Source: an uncultured delta proteobacterium
GTDB lineage: Bacteria; Desulfobacterota; Desulfobaccia; Desulfobaccales; 0-14-0-80-60-11
Length of the DNA stretch: 64,000 nt
NCBI GenBank assembly: GCA_963812015.1
Contig: CAWETI010000003.1
Location: 832,001 to 896,000, forward strand
Direction: 5' to 3'
Below, in pieces: positions 10,048 to 20,967 of the stretch. A program made the translations under genes and the position numbers. How positions within the stretch are numbered: the first letter of the stretch is position 1; every line of letters begins with the position of its first letter. The notes beneath the pieces were generated by a model that saw only the letters and a program-made list of their open reading frames with translations, ran no database searches and was not told the origin of the DNA.

Positions 10048-11334
10048 ATGGATAACCCTCAAACCATCATTACTGTCGCGATCATGGTGATCTTTCTCAT
10101 CGCCACCTGGTGGTACGCGCATTCAACAAGTCGCATCCTGAGACAGTCACAAGATCAAGTTGCAGCCATACAGAGCCAGGCGATCAACAAAATCGAAGAG
10201 CTCCAATTGTCCTACACGCAAATTCTGAAGGAAATCGAAGAACGCCAGCAGGCGGAAGACAAGCTGCAGGAAAGCGAGGTGCGCTTCGCCGCCTTCATGC
10301 GGCATCTACCCGGCACTGCAACCATGCGGGATACTCATGGGCGCTACCTGTTTGTCAATGAAACCTGGGAAAAAGTTTTTAGGCGAAAGAGGGGTGATTG
10401 GTGGGGCAAATCTCTGCAAGAGGTATGGCCCCCAGACCTTGCCAGTCACTTTAGGGAGCTGGATCAGCAGGTGATAAAAGGGGGGCAACCCCTGGAAAGC
10501 ATTGAGACCCAGGACCAGAATGGCCCAACGAATTTCTGGCTGATTAACCGATTTCCCATCCTGAACCAAGATCACCAAGCCGTCATGGTGGGAGCCATCG
10601 GGATCGACATAACCGCGCGACGACAGGTTGAGGAGGCTTTGAGATACTCGGAGCAGAAACTCCGATCCCTAACGGCGCAACTTCTTACGGCCCAAGAAAT
10701 CGAGCGCAAGCGTCTGGCTATGGAGTTGCATGATGAGTTGGGTCATTCGCTATTGGTGCTCAAGCTTACCTTGGAATCTTTGGAGGAGCAGCTGCAGCCC
10801 CAACAAGTTTCTTTGCAAAACGAGGTAAAGAATATTCTCCGAATTATCAGTATGACCATCGGGGAGGTGCGTCGTCTTTATTTAGATTTAAGTCCTGGCG
10901 ATTTAGAAGATATTGGATTGACGGCCGCCTTACACTCTTTGATCGATAATTTTGTCGCTTTAAAAAAGAACATAAAATGGACCATTAAACTGGATAACCT
11001 CGATGGCCTTTTTCCCTTGCCGATCCAGACCGCTATCTATCGGGTCATACAGGAAGCCTTGACCAATATCGGCAAGCATGCTCACCCTAACCAGGTATCC
11101 CTGGAAATAAAAAAAGAAAATGAGTGTGTCGCTTTTACCGTCAACGACAATGGTAAGGGCTTTGATAGGAACAAAATTCTCACCGAGAAGAAAACCTTGG
11201 GCTTGCTTTCTATGGAGGAGCGCGTCAAGATGCTGGGGGGGGCTTTTGAACTCTGGAGCCAGAAAAACCGGGGCACCAGAATCTCTTTCACTATTCCACT
11301 TCCAAGAGAGGAAGCAACGGATGAGTCCTTATAA
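10048..11334 (+). CDS. PAS-domain sensor histidine kinase (HisKA_3, NarX/UhpB-like)
   Basis: ERKRLAMELHDELG, QEALTNIGKHA, DNGKGF, LGLLSMEERV. Confidence 0.9.
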   Translation: MDNPQTIITVAIMVIFLIATWWYAHSTSRILRQSQDQVAAIQSQAINKIEELQLSYTQILKEIEERQQAEDKLQESEVRFAAFMRHLPGTATMRDTHGRYLFVNETWEKVFRRKRGDWWGKSLQEVWPPDLASHFRELDQQVIKGGQPLESIETQDQNGPTNFWLINRFPILNQDHQAVMVGAIGIDITARRQVEEALRYSEQKLRSLTAQLLTAQEIERKRLAMELHDELGHSLLVLKLTLESLEEQLQPQQVSLQNEVKNILRIISMTIGEVRRLYLDLSPGDLEDIGLTAALHSLIDNFVALKKNIKWTIKLDNLDGLFPLPIQTAIYRVIQEALTNIGKHAHPNQVSLEIKKENECVAFTVNDNGKGFDRNKILTEKKTLGLLSMEERVKMLGGAFELWSQKNRGTRISFTIPLPREEATDESL

Positions 11335-11956
11335 CATTGTCCTAGCCGATGATCATGCGATGTTCCGCGAAGGCATCCGAAGAATGATCGAGCGGATCGA
11401 GGATGTCGTAGTCAGCGGTGAAGTCAACGATGGTCTCGAATTGCTGGCCATGTTGAAAAGTTCTTGCCCCGATCTCGTTATCCTTGACATTTCCATGCCA
11501 AATCTGCGTGGTTTGGAGGCGATTAGAGAAATCAAAAAGCTTTATCCGCAAGTGAAAGTCCTGGTTTTGACCATGCACCGGAAAAAGGAGTTTATTCACA
11601 GGGCGCTGGCAGATGGCGCAGATGGATTTCTGCTTAAAGAAGACCCAAGCGATGAGCTGATTCGGGCGGTGCAAACGATTAAGAGAGGGGAGAAGTATCT
11701 CTCTCCGCTCATTTCTGATGCTTTGGTAAGCTTGACCCTGGCGCCAGACGAAACCGATCTCCTGAGTATGCGGGAAAGAGAGGTTCTGAAACTCCTGGCG
11801 GAGGGCAAGAAATCCCATGAGATCGCCGAGATGCTCTTTATCAGTGTCAATACCGTGCGCCGGCACCGTCACAATATCATGGAAAAGCTGCACGTCAATA
11901 ACCTGGCCGATTTAGTTAAGTATGCGATCTCCCGTCACTATATTCCCGACTTCTAG
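11321..11956 (+). CDS. NarL/LuxR-family response regulator
   Basis: LADDH, ILDISMP, VLTMH, LSMREREVLKLLAEG...TVRRHRHNIMEKL. Confidence 0.92.
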   Translation: MSPYNIVLADDHAMFREGIRRMIERIEDVVVSGEVNDGLELLAMLKSSCPDLVILDISMPNLRGLEAIREIKKLYPQVKVLVLTMHRKKEFIHRALADGADGFLLKEDPSDELIRAVQTIKRGEKYLSPLISDALVSLTLAPDETDLLSMREREVLKLLAEGKKSHEIAEMLFISVNTVRRHRHNIMEKLHVNNLADLVKYAISRHYIPDF

Positions 11957-12357
11957 TACCCCGATTTTCCTGTGATCACAATGGGTTGAATGATCAGCTC
12001 AGTTATAGGCCAGTGCCTTGCAGGGAATAACCAAGCTCCGAAACCCTCCCTCCGGTGATACATCCCTCTCCGAAAGGTGGAAAACAGGTTCTCTAAGGAC
12101 GGGGCAGAGCCAAGTCCTGCCGCACTTGCACCATTATTTTGCCATGCTTCCTGTAAATACCTTCCTCATTCAGGGTTTTTGCTTGAAAGGGAATTTATGC
12201 CTGCTTTGTAAAAAGATCTAACTGTCCAACATTATGAGTTGAAACGTGATTATAGGGTTTCTCTATTGTGCCCGGGTTCAACTATTGCCATGTCTGATCA
12301 GAGCCGGCCGTAGAATTTTGGAACTTTTTGAACTTATCAAAATCTTATCTGGTTCAA

Positions 12358-12399
12358 ATGGTCAAAATGACCATTTGAAAATGGTCATCCCGCTTATCG
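12358..12399 (+). promoter_or_regulatory. Repeated operator motif, copy 2
   Basis: ATGGTCAAAATGACCATTTGAAAATGGTCATCCCGCTTATCG. Confidence 0.55.
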
Positions 12400-12537
12400 A
12401 CTTCCACTCTTTTCCAACATATAAGAAAGGTACAGCTTGGAGGAAGTAGGGAATTATTGGAGATTAGCTTCGAGAATGCTTCATGGGCACTAATTTTACC
12501 GACTTTTGCTGGTCTAGTCGGTTAAGGAGATACGAAA

Positions 12538-12729
12538 ATGTTAAAGATTATTGACCTTGGATGCGACCAACATCATATCCGTGAACTAGCCATCAGCTCC
12601 GCTGAAGCCGGGTTGATGCAGGATCTGTTCTTCAATCTCCCGCGAGAGGGAGAGTTTCACACCTTCATCTGTGAGCACGGCCAAACGCATTACATTAATC
12701 TCCAGATGCGGGTACTGAAAGTCGCATGA
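12538..12729 (+). CDS. Small hypothetical protein
   Basis: AAGGAG RBS before ATG; downstream of the operator motif. Confidence 0.45.
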   Translation: MLKIIDLGCDQHHIRELAISSAEAGLMQDLFFNLPREGEFHTFICEHGQTHYINLQMRVLKVA

Positions 12730-13262
12730 TTTTGGCGTGATACCAGGCTTAATAGCCGATGGTTGCTCTCGCAGAAGTTATTCCGACCATCGCGGATGGA
12801 AGAATTAACCTGGAAGACATCAAAATCATTCTTTAGGATGAGTTTGACCTGGAAGGAGATATTAAGCTTGAAATTGGGGCCATTCCTGTCTTCAGGCTCC
12901 ATAGCCTACCCCCAGTAATTGTGTCAAGTTGTAAGTTAGGATGGGGTCAAGTCAAGCCAAAGACCATGGTGGAGCACAGCGTAGCCAGGATGCCGGGGCA
13001 TCACCTGTATGGCCCCGGGTATGGGTGTCCTATAACCCGAAGCACGGTGAGGCCTGACTTGCCGTATTGTATTCTTGCCACCAGCACTCTATCAGGATCT
13101 GGGCCTCCTTCATGCGAATAAAGGTACTTAACAACTAGATGGAATTGATTCTATCCAATGAAAAGGTAAGGTGAGATTGAAAATCACTGCCTGATTAGAC
13201 AATTATCAAGCGGCAGAAAATGTGCCGGCAGGTCTGCACTTGCTTTACCCGCCCTGGGGCTG

Positions 13263-13377
13263 GCCTGTCCTGTCAGTGTTGCAATAAACCGGGTGGGTCA
13301 ATTTTGAATGGCCATTACTGGTCCCATATTGCTTTTCCATTCACCCATACCCTAAAATTTTTTTGTTAAGTGGTTAA
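13263..13377 (+). repeat. ~115-bp segment duplicated in inverted orientation at 51577-51685
   Basis: Direct comparison: GTGTTGCAATAAACCGGGTGGGTC.ATTTTGAATGGCCATTACTGGT...TTGTTAAGTGGTTAA. Confidence 0.85.
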
Positions 13378-13567
13378 CGGCTCTAATGCCGGATTATTTC
13401 AATCTTAACGATCCAAACTCGCCTCTATGATGTGCGGTACCCTCATCCCCCTCACCAAGGAAATTTCTTGACCATATTCCATAGCAAACTCCCGGCCAGA
13501 CCTACGGCCAGGGCCGCAGCCAATAAGATCAGGCAAAGTCTTAGGTTGCCCCGCTTGCGGGGCGTCG

Positions 13568-13846
13568 TCAAGGGACTGCTCGACCCTCCGAGGTGGTGGT
13601 GGAACCGGCAGCCGGAGAGGTTCTGGTAGGGGTTGCGACTTTGAACCCCATCAGCCCCAACGCCGCCTTCTCAGCATTGGTCAACTTTGCCAGGGCACCC
13701 TGACGCACCTTCTCCAGCTTGGCGTCGTTGAGCTCGGCCAAGTCCTCATAGCAATTGATCTGAATGGCCCTTGTCCCTGCCTCCTCGGCAGTATGAAAAC
13801 CCACCCACCCCAATTCCGGGTCTTCCACAGCAAAAATCATCTTCAT
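13568..13846 (-). CDS. Small hypothetical protein
   Basis: GGAGG upstream; ends in phage-like ALAKLTNAEKAALGL. Confidence 0.45.
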   Translation of the reverse strand: MKMIFAVEDPELGWVGFHTAEEAGTRAIQINCYEDLAELNDAKLEKVRQGALAKLTNAEKAALGLMGFKVATPTRTSPAAGSTTTSEGRAVP

Positions 13847-14278
13847 TTTATTCTCTTAACCTCCCTTGGTTATGGGCCTGGACGGTAACTGCCAACCCCA
13901 CCTACATCAACTGCCCAGATTAGTTCCTGCGCGCCAATATTCGCCAAATATATTCGGCCTTTTCCAAGATTCCATAAAATTCAGAATTTCTTTCTCTGAC
14001 TTACCGGCCTCTCTCAACTCCCTGGCTTTTTAAAGGGCGCGCCCCAAATCATAGATTTTATCTGAGATTATGCGGCAGCCTGGGCTGCCGCGTTGAAAAT
14101 TGGTTTTGGAACCTGTCGTCCGGGGAGAATATCCCGAAGAAGTTCCCCTTTTTGTGGCCCATTGGTCCTCTTGAACGCAAGATAGCACAAATTTTCCTTA
14201 AACTAAATCCTTTCTGTAGATTTTGAAGATACCACTCCGCTGGTTTGCAGTCTCTTGCGGGGTGACGGTCTAAGAACC

Positions 14279-15475
14279 TCAAATTAGCACCGCCCGGTAA
14301 TGACGCGCTGGGGGGAAAGCCGAGGCTACATGCACATACCACCGCCGGGCGTGGTAAGAAACTCTGACCCCCATTTTGATCAGGCGTTTGATGAGCCAGT
14401 CCATGGAACGCTTAACCTCTTCGCCCCAGACATAGAACTGCCGGATTATATGCAGGAGGTTGTAAGCCAGAACCCCCATCTTCAGCCGCGCCTGATTGGC
14501 CTCGAAACGTTGGCAGCTGGTCTTGTCCGAGCGCAGGGGGTTTTTGCCCTCCTTGATCCGGTTTTCCACATTGCCTCTGCCAGTATAGACCTTGACCACT
14601 TTGCCGGCCGGGAGTCTGGAGTTGGTCACCACAAAACCGATGCGGGGGAAAAGCTCGCCCCGGTACCACTCGATTTTGGCTACCACCCGGCGGGGCTTAT
14701 GCCAGCTCTTCGCTTGGTACTGCAAGTGCATTACTTTTACCTGCATCCCACTCTTAGGCGGTAGGCCCACCGGACGACCGAGGTGAGGCGCTACCAGCTT
14801 ATCCAGGTTCTCGTTAGCCGGTAACCGGATGAAGTAGGTGACGCGTTGTTCCTCGCAATACCAGTAGATTTCAGGTTTGGCAAAGGCAGCGTCCCCACGA
14901 AACCAGAAAAGCTTGAACCAAGCCCGATAGCGCTCTACCATAGGCTTGATGAACTCAAGGGCGCCATAAGCGGAATGGACGTTACTCGGTCTCAGCTTGG
15001 CCCCCAGACAGTCGCCCTCGCTGGTGAAGCCAAAAAGCGGATGGAAGCAGTTCTTGGCAAAATGGCCATTGTAAGCAACTCCCTCCTGATTGCCGCGGGC
15101 CGGGTCCTCGGTGGAATCCAGATCAATGGTGAGTCGGTTTTTGTTCTTTCTTCTCAACAGGGTATCCGTGGACCGGGTCAGGGCGGCGTCCAAAGCGCTT
15201 AACCCCATGACATTACCCAGGACGTCATTCTCCAACCGGGAGAGCATGGACTGGCTGACGCCGGCCTCATGATCCTTATTGATGGCCAGCCTAAGCGCGG
15301 GGTCTATCCGCAGATAATCGGCGTCGTTGCAATCTTCATAGCCGGCGGCAATCTGATAGACTCGTTGACGAATCATCTGGACCAATGAGTGTTTCCTATG
15401 GGCAGGTGACCGTAAGTCTTCCAGGAAATCCTTCATGGGGTCAATTATCTTCAAACGGTCATCTATCTCTCGCCC
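14279..15475 (-). pseudogene. IS1380-family transposase, 5'-truncated by IS3-type end
   Basis: QRVYQIAAGYEDCND, IDLDSTED, YNGHF..CFHPL, RGDAAF, RGNVENRIKEGK. Confidence 0.85.
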
Positions 15476-15521
15476 TGACCTGCCCCCCAAAAACTGATCC
15501 ACATGTTAAGTTAGGGGGGTG
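15476..15521 (+). repeat. 46-bp IS3-type end (left copy)
   Basis: TGACCTGCCCCCCAAAAACTGATCCACATGTTAAGTTAGGGGGGTG; 45/46 identical to rc of 46598-46643. Confidence 0.85.
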
Positions 15522-15732
15522 GATCTGTGGACTTGCCGGTTGAGACTGAACATCACATCCCGCAGACTTTTACGGCTCTCCACTGGCCAAAGAGCATGAC
15601 TCCCAGGTGCAACCAATAGGTGAATTTCCTGGGGTTCGGCCCTCGCCAGGCAAGGGTGTCCGCCAGATGATCGAAAAAATTTCTCGGTATGAGTTTTTGC
15701 AATTAACCCATGAGTGTGCTACATTGCACCAT
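15522..15732 (-). pseudogene. IS4-family transposase N-terminal (DUF4372-like) remnant
   Basis: Frameshifted LIPR..F, RKFTYWLHLGVMLFGQ, KSLRDVMFSLNRQ. Confidence 0.6.
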
Positions 15733-16060
15733 AAGCCCCATAATTCCCTCCAATGCTTAGGTTTTCGGTGAACCCATTATAGCATTGATTGGCTACTATG
15801 TGGCTGTTATACTTGCGATCTCAAGTAAATTCTACCGGATATCAGTGATATTTTGAGGGAATATTGCGCTATCATTCATTCACCAAGCAATTTGGCCATA
15901 ATAAGACGAACTTCTCCGAGATAAAACCCCGGATTGAAGGTTAAAAAACCAATTGTCAATTGTGGGTGCTATGGCAGTGGCATAATATCAAATTATACTT
16001 GATATTTGCTCAAGCAATGGTTCTGACTAAATCATTAATTATGGAGATATTATTATAACT

Positions 16061-17794
16061 ATGCTTTTAACAAATTCATCAGAACATATTAAACCTAAAT
16101 CTAAAAAGAGATTATTGCATATTGGATTGTTGGTTGACAGTAAGTTAGTAAGTAAGTATGTTTATAATCTTGCTAAATGGGCAAATAAAAAAGACGATGT
16201 TTATATATCTTATTTAGTTATTCATGCCCCACAAAATGTTTCCAATATAAGCCAATTTTCTAAAATCCTTATACACTTTTGTGCGAATGGCTTGTATAAG
16301 ATATTTTGTTTAATTTGTTTTAAAATACTATATAGAGTCGAAAGTTATTTTTTATCACGCCATTTAATATTTAAAGATCATTTAAAAATGTTTGACCTTA
16401 GTGAATTTGTAAAGGATTCATTTCACATATCCCCGACAATTTCAAAATCAGGTTATGTATATTGTTTTGATCCAGATGACATCCGTAAAATACGAGAACA
16501 AGAGTTCGATATATTAATCCGGTGTGGCACTGGAATATTACGGGGAGATATCCTCAAAGCAGCACGATTCGGCGTTGTTTCTATTCATCACGCAGATAGT
16601 AGAATAAATCGCGGTGGACCACCTGGATTTTGGGAGGTTTATTATAAAAAAGATAAAACTGGTTTTATTATTCAACAATTAACTGAGGAATTGGACGGTG
16701 GGAACATTATCAGACGAGGCTGCTACCCAACTCAGCATTATTTTCTTTTAAATCAGGCTTTTCTTTATGAGAAATCAAATATTCAATTAATAAAATTAAT
16801 TGAATGGATTGCAGGGAATGACTCTTTGCCCTCTTTTGAAGTTCACGTTCCTTATTCTTTCCCATTATATAATTCTCCAACCCCATTTCAGGTTTTAAGA
16901 TATTGTTTTTATGTGTCAACTAAGTTAATTTTCTCAGGATTTCGAAGTATTCTTAATATCAGGGATGACTTTTGGGAGGTGTCATTTATTAATTCTGATT
17001 GGAAATCGGCGGAATTATGGCGGGGTATAACAATTAAGAATCCGGAAGGTCATTTTTTAGCCGATCCATTTGTAATATCTAAAAATAGTCGAACTTATTG
17101 CTTTGTTGAAGAATTTGTCTATAGCGTCAACAAAGGGCACATTAGCGTATATGAACTTATTAGCGGCAGAGCTAAACATTTGGGATCGGCCTTAATTGAG
17201 CCATTCCATTTATCTTTTCCTTTCCTATTTCAATACAATGGTGAAATATATATGTGTCCCGAGTCTTGTGAGAAGCGAGGTATAAGAATTTATAAGTGCA
17301 AGAATTTTCCGCTCGAATGGGAGCTATTTCAAATAATTTTGAGAGATGTAAATGCTGCCGATACCATGATCTTTGAAAAGAATGGGAAATGGTGGTTACT
17401 AACAACTATTGATCTCTCTGGCATTGGTGACTATAGCTCCGAGCTTTATCTTTATTATGCAGAATCACCTCTTAGTGAAATATGGGCTTCCCATACGAAC
17501 AATCCTGTCTATATTGATTCAGAATTTGCGCGTAATGGCGGATTGTTGCGCGATGGGAATAATATTTATAGAGTGGGGCAATCACAAGGATTTTGTTGTT
17601 ATGGTAATAAATCAAATATTCTCAAAATAGAAGAAATTTCTGATGATTTGTATAGCGAAAGATTAATTGCCCAAATACACCCCAAATTTTTTAAAGGAAT
17701 TAAAGGTACACACCATATACATAGTAACTCTTATGTGACAGTTTTCGACCATGTACGTCGATCGCGCTTAAAATTAACTTCAATGATATCCTGA
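16061..17794 (+). CDS. Formyltransferase-like + GH43/GINT1-like beta-propeller protein
   Basis: SIHHA...RGGPPGFWEV...LTEELDGG; FLADPF, HLSFPFLF, MCPES, ARNGG; very AT-rich. Confidence 0.7.
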   Translation: MLLTNSSEHIKPKSKKRLLHIGLLVDSKLVSKYVYNLAKWANKKDDVYISYLVIHAPQNVSNISQFSKILIHFCANGLYKIFCLICFKILYRVESYFLSRHLIFKDHLKMFDLSEFVKDSFHISPTISKSGYVYCFDPDDIRKIREQEFDILIRCGTGILRGDILKAARFGVVSIHHADSRINRGGPPGFWEVYYKKDKTGFIIQQLTEELDGGNIIRRGCYPTQHYFLLNQAFLYEKSNIQLIKLIEWIAGNDSLPSFEVHVPYSFPLYNSPTPFQVLRYCFYVSTKLIFSGFRSILNIRDDFWEVSFINSDWKSAELWRGITIKNPEGHFLADPFVISKNSRTYCFVEEFVYSVNKGHISVYELISGRAKHLGSALIEPFHLSFPFLFQYNGEIYMCPESCEKRGIRIYKCKNFPLEWELFQIILRDVNAADTMIFEKNGKWWLLTTIDLSGIGDYSSELYLYYAESPLSEIWASHTNNPVYIDSEFARNGGLLRDGNNIYRVGQSQGFCCYGNKSNILKIEEISDDLYSERLIAQIHPKFFKGIKGTHHIHSNSYVTVFDHVRRSRLKLTSMIS

Positions 17795-17845
17795 AGTATA
17801 ACAATATAAATAGATGCAGATATACAACGTTATATAGAAATATCT

Positions 17846-18822
17846 TTATTGTTTTAGCTCCGGTCAATTTGCTATGATTAACTATAATAAGTAGCAATTG
17901 TGAGTTAATTCATGCAACAGAAACCTTGCAGTCTGCTGAAATTTCAAAAGAAGTTTGGTACCGAAAAGGCTTGTCAGAAACAATCGTTCCGGTTGCGTTG
18001 GCCCTAAGGCTTCAAGTGCCCTCGCTGTGGTCATGCTGAAGCCTATTTCCCCAGCAGGCGCCACCTATATCAGTGCAAATCCTGCGGTTACCAAGCTTCA
18101 TTGACCGCAGGCACAGTGTTTCACAAGACCAGGACCCCATTAACCAAATGGTTTTGGCTGATCTGGGTCATGGGACGCCAGAAAAGCGGCATTTCCATGC
18201 TGTCGCTGCAACGGATGTTGGAGATCAAGAGTTATAATACCTTGTGGACCATGGGCCACAAGATTCGCAAAGCCATGACCGACCGGGATGCTAATTATAA
18301 ACTCACTGGCATGATTGAGATGGACGACATTTACTTCGGGACCCCCAAACCTGGGAAGCGGGTCCGTGGTGCCGCCTGTAAAGCTAAAGTGTTTGTGGCA
18401 GTGGAAACTCCGGGAAATAAGCCCAGATTTGCCGCTATGCGCATGGTCCCCAGATTCAACGGCGAAGAGATTCAGGGCCTGGTACGTGAGCGTCTGGAGG
18501 GAGAAGTGGTGGTCAAAACCGCCGGTAGGCAAGGATATAGCTTCCTGGATGGTTCGCCCCGCCACCATGAATGGCTCGTTCCCGGTTCGGGAAAAGAGGC
18601 CGCGAAGGTCCTGCCTTGGGTCCATACCTTGACCGTCAATATCAAAGGCAATATTCGTGGCGTCCATCATGGCGTCAGCCCAAAGCACCTGCACCGTTAC
18701 CTGGCGGAATTCTGCTACCGTTTCAACCGACGTTTTTGGGAACCCCAAATGTTCAACCGGCTGCTTCATGCTTGCCTGAACTCTTCAACCATTACTTCCT
18801 CGGAACTAAGGGTATAATCGGT
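17846..18822 (+). pseudogene. IS1595-family element, frameshifted / internal stop
   Basis: Homologous to 48875-49850; TAA in WP*GFKCPRCG and frameshift near start. Confidence 0.85.
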
Positions 18823-18926
18823 TTTATATAAATAAATTATAGAAATTTTTTGTTGATAATTTATCATCATTATGATTATTATAAAAATTCGAAGCCCAAA
18901 GTAACCTTCAGGGGGAGGGTGTAGGG

Positions 18927-19562
18927 TTGAAAAAGTTCCGAGCGCAGGGCAATTGGAAATGGGTGATGGGCAGCGTGGGGCTGGTGTTCTGCCTGGTGGT
19001 GATGTGCAGCTGTACCCCTTCGGTGAGTCATCTCACCGAGGCCCAGGGCGCGGCCGCAGCGGTGGCCACTGTCGATCAGGACAAGTATCCTTTGGGACCG
19101 GAAGATTCCATTGAAATTTCCGTCTGGAAAGAGCCCGAGCTGACCAAGCAACTGGTGGTGCGGCCAGACGGGAAGATTACCTACCCCTTAATCGGGGAGG
19201 TGCAGGCCTCCGGGCAGACTGTCAAGCAGCTCCAGGCAGAAATCTTACAACGTCTGGAGAAGTATGTGACGGACGCCCATGTCACCGTCATCCTGCTGAA
19301 GGCTCAGAATTATAAGATCTATGTCACCGGTAGGGTCAACAAGCCGGGCGAATTCGTCATCGGCAAACCCGTCAACGTGATGCAGGCCATCTCCATGGCC
19401 GGGGGCCTGACGCCTTTTGCCGCTCCTGGGTCCATCACGGTCTTGCGTAGTCTGGGGGGCAAAGAAGAGGTGTTTTCCTTCAATTACAAGGACGTGGCTA
19501 AAGGCCAATTCTTGGAGCAAAACCGGACGTTGTTACCGGGGGATGTGGTGGTAGTGCCTTAA
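18927..19562 (+). CDS. Polysaccharide export protein (short OPX/Wza-type lipoprotein)
   Basis: LGPEDSIEISVW, VRPDGKITYPLIG, VTGRVNKPG, AISMAGGLT, LLPGDVVVVP. Confidence 0.9.
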   Translation: MKKFRAQGNWKWVMGSVGLVFCLVVMCSCTPSVSHLTEAQGAAAAVATVDQDKYPLGPEDSIEISVWKEPELTKQLVVRPDGKITYPLIGEVQASGQTVKQLQAEILQRLEKYVTDAHVTVILLKAQNYKIYVTGRVNKPGEFVIGKPVNVMQAISMAGGLTPFAAPGSITVLRSLGGKEEVFSFNYKDVAKGQFLEQNRTLLPGDVVVVP

Positions 19563-19586
19563 GGAAAAGGGGAAAGTCAGGGGGGT

Positions 19587-20792
19587 ATGGGCACGAGAAC
19601 CTGGGTAGCGGTTGTGGTATGTATGTGCTTAGGGGCGGTCAATCTGGCGGTGGCCGCGGACTGGTCTGTGGTGCCGTCGGTGACCCAGAGATCTGAGTTT
19701 AACAGCAACCTGAATTTAGCGTATACCCACCCGGTCAGCGACTACATTTTTTCCTTTCAGCCAACCGTGGATTTCAATTACACCTCGGAAATCAGTCAGT
19801 TGCAGGGGCATATGGGTTTGCTCGGTCTGCATTACATCACCAATAGCAATCTCGACCACATTGACCAGAATTACCAGATCAATGGGAAATACCAGATAGC
19901 TCCCCGGGTCAATCTTATCCTGAACTCAGCCTATACCAGCGATACCACCCTGGCCCAGGAATTGCTGGCTTCCGGATTGGTTGCCAGCCGCAGCCCCCGT
20001 CAATCCTTCCAGGTAGGACCAGGGGTCACCTACAATCTGACGGAGAAGCTTTTGGGCACGGTGAACTATAATTTTAATCGGGTGATCTACCAATCTCCCC
20101 AGTACACCGATTATACCAGTCAACAAGCGGGGTTGAACTTCACCTATTTACTCAAAAATGAGAAGACCTCCCTGGTTAGCAATAATATCGTCCGGGATAC
20201 CCTCTACGCCGGGGGGAACGATTTCAAATCCTTAGGGCTTTATGGGGGAGTGACCCATAAGTTCACCGAAAGATGGGATGCTAGCCTGATGTCAGGGGCG
20301 AATATCTCCTTTTTCAGTACTGATACCGAGGCGCTGGGTTCGTCCCAGTTTAACAACTTTACTTATGTTAAGACGAAGGAGAATAAAAGTTCCAATGTGA
20401 CCCCATATGTGAATATCTCCACCACCTACCGTTGGACCAATCTATTGCTCAATGGCGGTTATAGCCGCGATCTCTCTCCTGGAGAGAATGGGGTCATATA
20501 TGAGTTTAACCGCTTATACCTCACCTGTGGATATAATATTACTGAGAGATTAAGTGGCACCTTGAACGGCAGTTATTCCCTGAGTGATCAAACTAGTCAG
20601 AATATCTCCAGCAAATATAATTACTATAACGTCGGCCCCCAGCTCTCCTATAAGATTACGGAAAAATTTTCCGTGTCCACAGGCTATAGTTATTCCGGAT
20701 CAGGCAATTTGGTCGCCCCCGGCGGCTCCGGTCATGTCCATCAGGCCTGGGTAGAATTCGCCTATGCCTACCCCCTGCATTATCAGAAGTGA
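19587..20792 (+). CDS. Outer-membrane beta-barrel of EPS export system
   Basis: Signal peptide, alternating Y/N/S/T-rich beta-strands, position after short OPX. Confidence 0.7.
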   Translation: MGTRTWVAVVVCMCLGAVNLAVAADWSVVPSVTQRSEFNSNLNLAYTHPVSDYIFSFQPTVDFNYTSEISQLQGHMGLLGLHYITNSNLDHIDQNYQINGKYQIAPRVNLILNSAYTSDTTLAQELLASGLVASRSPRQSFQVGPGVTYNLTEKLLGTVNYNFNRVIYQSPQYTDYTSQQAGLNFTYLLKNEKTSLVSNNIVRDTLYAGGNDFKSLGLYGGVTHKFTERWDASLMSGANISFFSTDTEALGSSQFNNFTYVKTKENKSSNVTPYVNISTTYRWTNLLLNGGYSRDLSPGENGVIYEFNRLYLTCGYNITERLSGTLNGSYSLSDQTSQNISSKYNYYNVGPQLSYKITEKFSVSTGYSYSGSGNLVAPGGSGHVHQAWVEFAYAYPLHYQK

Positions 20793-20967
20793 CAGGTTTT
20801 GCCCTTTGGGAGGCTATGATAAACCTAATAACGATCGAGAGGCGGAACTTACGTGAGTCTTTAGTAGCTAAAATGCCTTCCTCGCAGTATCAATCGGAGT
20901 TAATCTAATCGGGGAATGAACGCAACGAACTCAAAGTGGATAATTCAATAGCCAAGAAGGCCAAGCT

